From IMG/VR virus record IMGVR_UViG_3300045988_141000: a stretch of DNA of 50,185 bases; one strand, written 5' to 3'. Below the pieces are notes generated by a model. The model was not told the DNA's origin and did no database searches. It was given only the letters and a program-made list of their open reading frames with translations. Position 1 is the first letter of the stretch. Each line of letters opens with the position of its first letter. Position numbers and translations under genes: made by a program. Positions 48,424 to 50,185 of the stretch are shown here, piece by piece. This stretch comes from a virus.

Positions 48424-49084
48424 GGGGCTCGCGGACGTAAGGCTGAGCGACTTACTTCCGGACTCAATTGCTCAAGACGACAACGTCAAGCACAGCGCGA
48501 CGGCGCTTGACAAGCAGTTGCTCGATATGACGGCGGCGGTTGATCTTCCGTCGATCTACGTCAGCATTGACAAACTCACGAGCACGCAGCTCGATCATGT
48601 CGCCTACGGGTGGGATGCGAGCGTCTGGCGCGATTCGTGGCCCGTTGCTTTGAAGCGCAGCGTCTTGAAAAACGTTGTGCGCGAAAAGCGCAAGAAAGGC
48701 ACGCTTCGTGCTGTCAAGGATGCCGTTTCTTCGATCGGTTCGGCTGCGACCATCAAAGAGTGGTGGCAGCAGGAGCCGAAGGGAACGCCCCACACTTTCG
48801 AGATTCAGGCGACGCTTGGAAACATCGACGGCACGCTTGATGCAGAAATGCAGGAGGACCTTTTCGCGCTCATCGACGACGCGAAGCCGGTCCGATCGCA
48901 CTACACCTTCGTGCTTGTGAGACAGCTCCAGGGCGGCATGGGTGTTGACGGTTATCTGCGCCCGGTAGCTTACGCGCGTATTCGCTCTGAAGAGATTGTC
49001 AGCCGTGATATTGATGCGGCTGTCGGCATTTTCGTCGGAGCGCGACCTATTGCTATGCGGTCCCTTGTTGGGCTTGCAAAATAA
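48416..49084 (+). CDS. tail protein I-like
   Basis: LSDLLPDSIAQDDNVKHSATALDKQL N-terminus typical of P2 gpI; precedes the fibre genes. Confidence 0.75.
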   Translation: MSKGLADVRLSDLLPDSIAQDDNVKHSATALDKQLLDMTAAVDLPSIYVSIDKLTSTQLDHVAYGWDASVWRDSWPVALKRSVLKNVVREKRKKGTLRAVKDAVSSIGSAATIKEWWQQEPKGTPHTFEIQATLGNIDGTLDAEMQEDLFALIDDAKPVRSHYTFVLVRQLQGGMGVDGYLRPVAYARIRSEEIVSRDIDAAVGIFVGARPIAMRSLVGLAK

Positions 49085-49096
49085 GGAGGGTTTCTC

Positions 49097-50167
49097 ATGG
49101 ACATCGTTTTGACGACAGCCGGTATTCAGGCCGTCATCAATGCACAAGAGACCGGTACGAACGCCGTCACCATTTCTGAGATCGGCGTCGGAACCGGCAA
49201 ATACACAGCAAACAAGGAACAGACACAGCTACAAGCTCAAGTCAAGCGCATGCCGATCCTAGAAGGTGGGCAAGCGGGTGACAACGCGATTCACGTCGCG
49301 TGCAAGGATGACGGCCCGGGCTCGTATGAAGTGTGCGAGTTCGGGCTTTTCCTTTCTGATGGGACGCTTTTCGCTGTTTACTCGCAGAGCACGCCGATCA
49401 TCGCAAAGCAGGAGTCAAGCAATCTGCTCCTTGCTATTGACATGAAGCTCGAAGGCGTCAACGCTGGGAACATCACTTTCGGCGATGTGTCTTTCTCTTT
49501 CGCTGCTGCAACGGCCGTGAATGCGGGGATCGTTGAGCTTGCTACTGACGAAGAAACGCAGGCAGGGACCGATACGCAGCGAGCTGTGACGCCCGCCGGT
49601 CTGAAGAGCTTGACTTCCACTGCAGAACGTGCGGGTCTCATCCGCACAGCAACGGAAGCCGAAGCGAAGGCAGGAACGGAAGGCGCTGCGGCTCTCACGC
49701 CTGCGACCCTGAAAGGCGCTGCGGCTTCTGAAGCAGAGACGATTGAAGGCAAGTCGGACGCTCACTTTGTGACGCCTCTCGGTCTTCGAGGCTTGAAAGC
49801 TACGACCGGACGAAACGGGCTTGTCGAACTGGCGACAGAGGCTGAGGCAAAGGCAGGGACGGACAAAGAACGCGCCGTTACTCCTGCGGGCTTAAAGGCT
49901 GTCGTCGATGAGGCGACACCGGACGCAAGCGAAGCAGCCAGGGGGATGATTCAGATCGCCTCTACGGTTGAAGCTACATCCGGAATAGATGCTTTGAAGG
50001 CAATGACGCCCGCAACTGGAAAGGTTGCGCTCGATGCTCGAATTGCGACGGTTGAAGAGGCGAAAGTTGGCACGTCGACGACGAAGCTCATCACGCCTGC
50101 AACGCTGAAGGCCGTTGTGGATGCAGCTGTGGCGGCGGCTCTTGCGAAACAAGGAGGTGCCGAATAA
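49097..50167 (+). CDS. tail fibre protein, paralogue 1 (gpH-like anchor + six fibre repeats, no tip domain)
   Basis: N-terminus paralogous to ORF 37..933; repeats GIVELATDEETQAGTDTQRAVTPAGL, GLIRTATEAEAKAGTEGAAALTPATL, GLVELATEAEAKAGTDKERAVTPAGL and others up to the C-terminus. Confidence 0.8.
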   Translation: MDIVLTTAGIQAVINAQETGTNAVTISEIGVGTGKYTANKEQTQLQAQVKRMPILEGGQAGDNAIHVACKDDGPGSYEVCEFGLFLSDGTLFAVYSQSTPIIAKQESSNLLLAIDMKLEGVNAGNITFGDVSFSFAAATAVNAGIVELATDEETQAGTDTQRAVTPAGLKSLTSTAERAGLIRTATEAEAKAGTEGAAALTPATLKGAAASEAETIEGKSDAHFVTPLGLRGLKATTGRNGLVELATEAEAKAGTDKERAVTPAGLKAVVDEATPDASEAARGMIQIASTVEATSGIDALKAMTPATGKVALDARIATVEEAKVGTSTTKLITPATLKAVVDAAVAAALAKQGGAE

Positions 50168-50185
50168 TGGCCAACACAATTTTGA
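50131..50185. repeat. terminal overlap (identical to 1..55)
   Basis: See feature 1..55; contains the stop of fibre paralogue 1 and the start of paralogue 2. Confidence 0.95.

Overview
The window is one complete, circularly closed temperate-phage genome: the first 55 nt equal the last 55 nt, giving a unique length of 50,130 bp. All functional calls come from motif recognition by eye, not database searches.

Layout:
- 29.0-37.1 kb: lambda-like packaging and head module (TerS, GpA-type TerL, ParB-methyltransferase fusion, gpW, lambda-type portal, ClpP-type protease/scaffold, gpD-like decoration protein, gpE-like capsid).
- 37.1-49.1 kb: P2/Mu-like contractile tail and baseplate, with a T_TTT_TTG -1 frameshift in the tail chaperone.
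- 49.1 kb -> 7.9 kb, wrapping the contig ends: an unusually large ~9 kb receptor-binding region with at least five fibre-like proteins. It contains a reverse-oriented GT25 glycosyltransferase with a 10-nt homopolymeric tract in its 5-prime end.
- 8.0-9.05 kb: holin plus amidase endolysin.
- 9.05-12.85 kb: a compact second integrase / repressor / Cro-like / initiator / DnaC-like module. It separates the endolysin from an embedded Rz/Rz1 spanin pair at 12.86-13.27 kb.
- 13.3-16.4 kb: three small secreted/lipoprotein morons, then a P4-type integrase with an attP-like region (six AGACCCACC repeats around a tRNA 3-prime-end-like core and a terminator) and an AlpA-type excisionase.
- 16.4-23.4 kb, minus strand: antirepressor, SSB, MazG-like protein, RecT/YqaJ pair and many small early genes.
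- 23.9-25.0 kb: a LexA/CI-type repressor - Cro switch.
- 25.0-28.2 kb: a second replication module with iterons inside the initiator gene, RusA, a Q-like regulator and a downstream terminator.

Main points of interest:
- The lysogeny/replication equipment is duplicated (two integrases of different types, two repressor switches, two initiator+loader pairs), and one set splits the lysis cassette.
- The phage carries a putatively phase-variable LOS/LPS glycosyltransferase.

Host: the spanins and GT25 argue for a diderm host. Several modules (holin, arm-type integrase, collagen-like fibre) have a Firmicutes flavour, so a Negativicutes versus proteobacterial host cannot be resolved from sequence alone.
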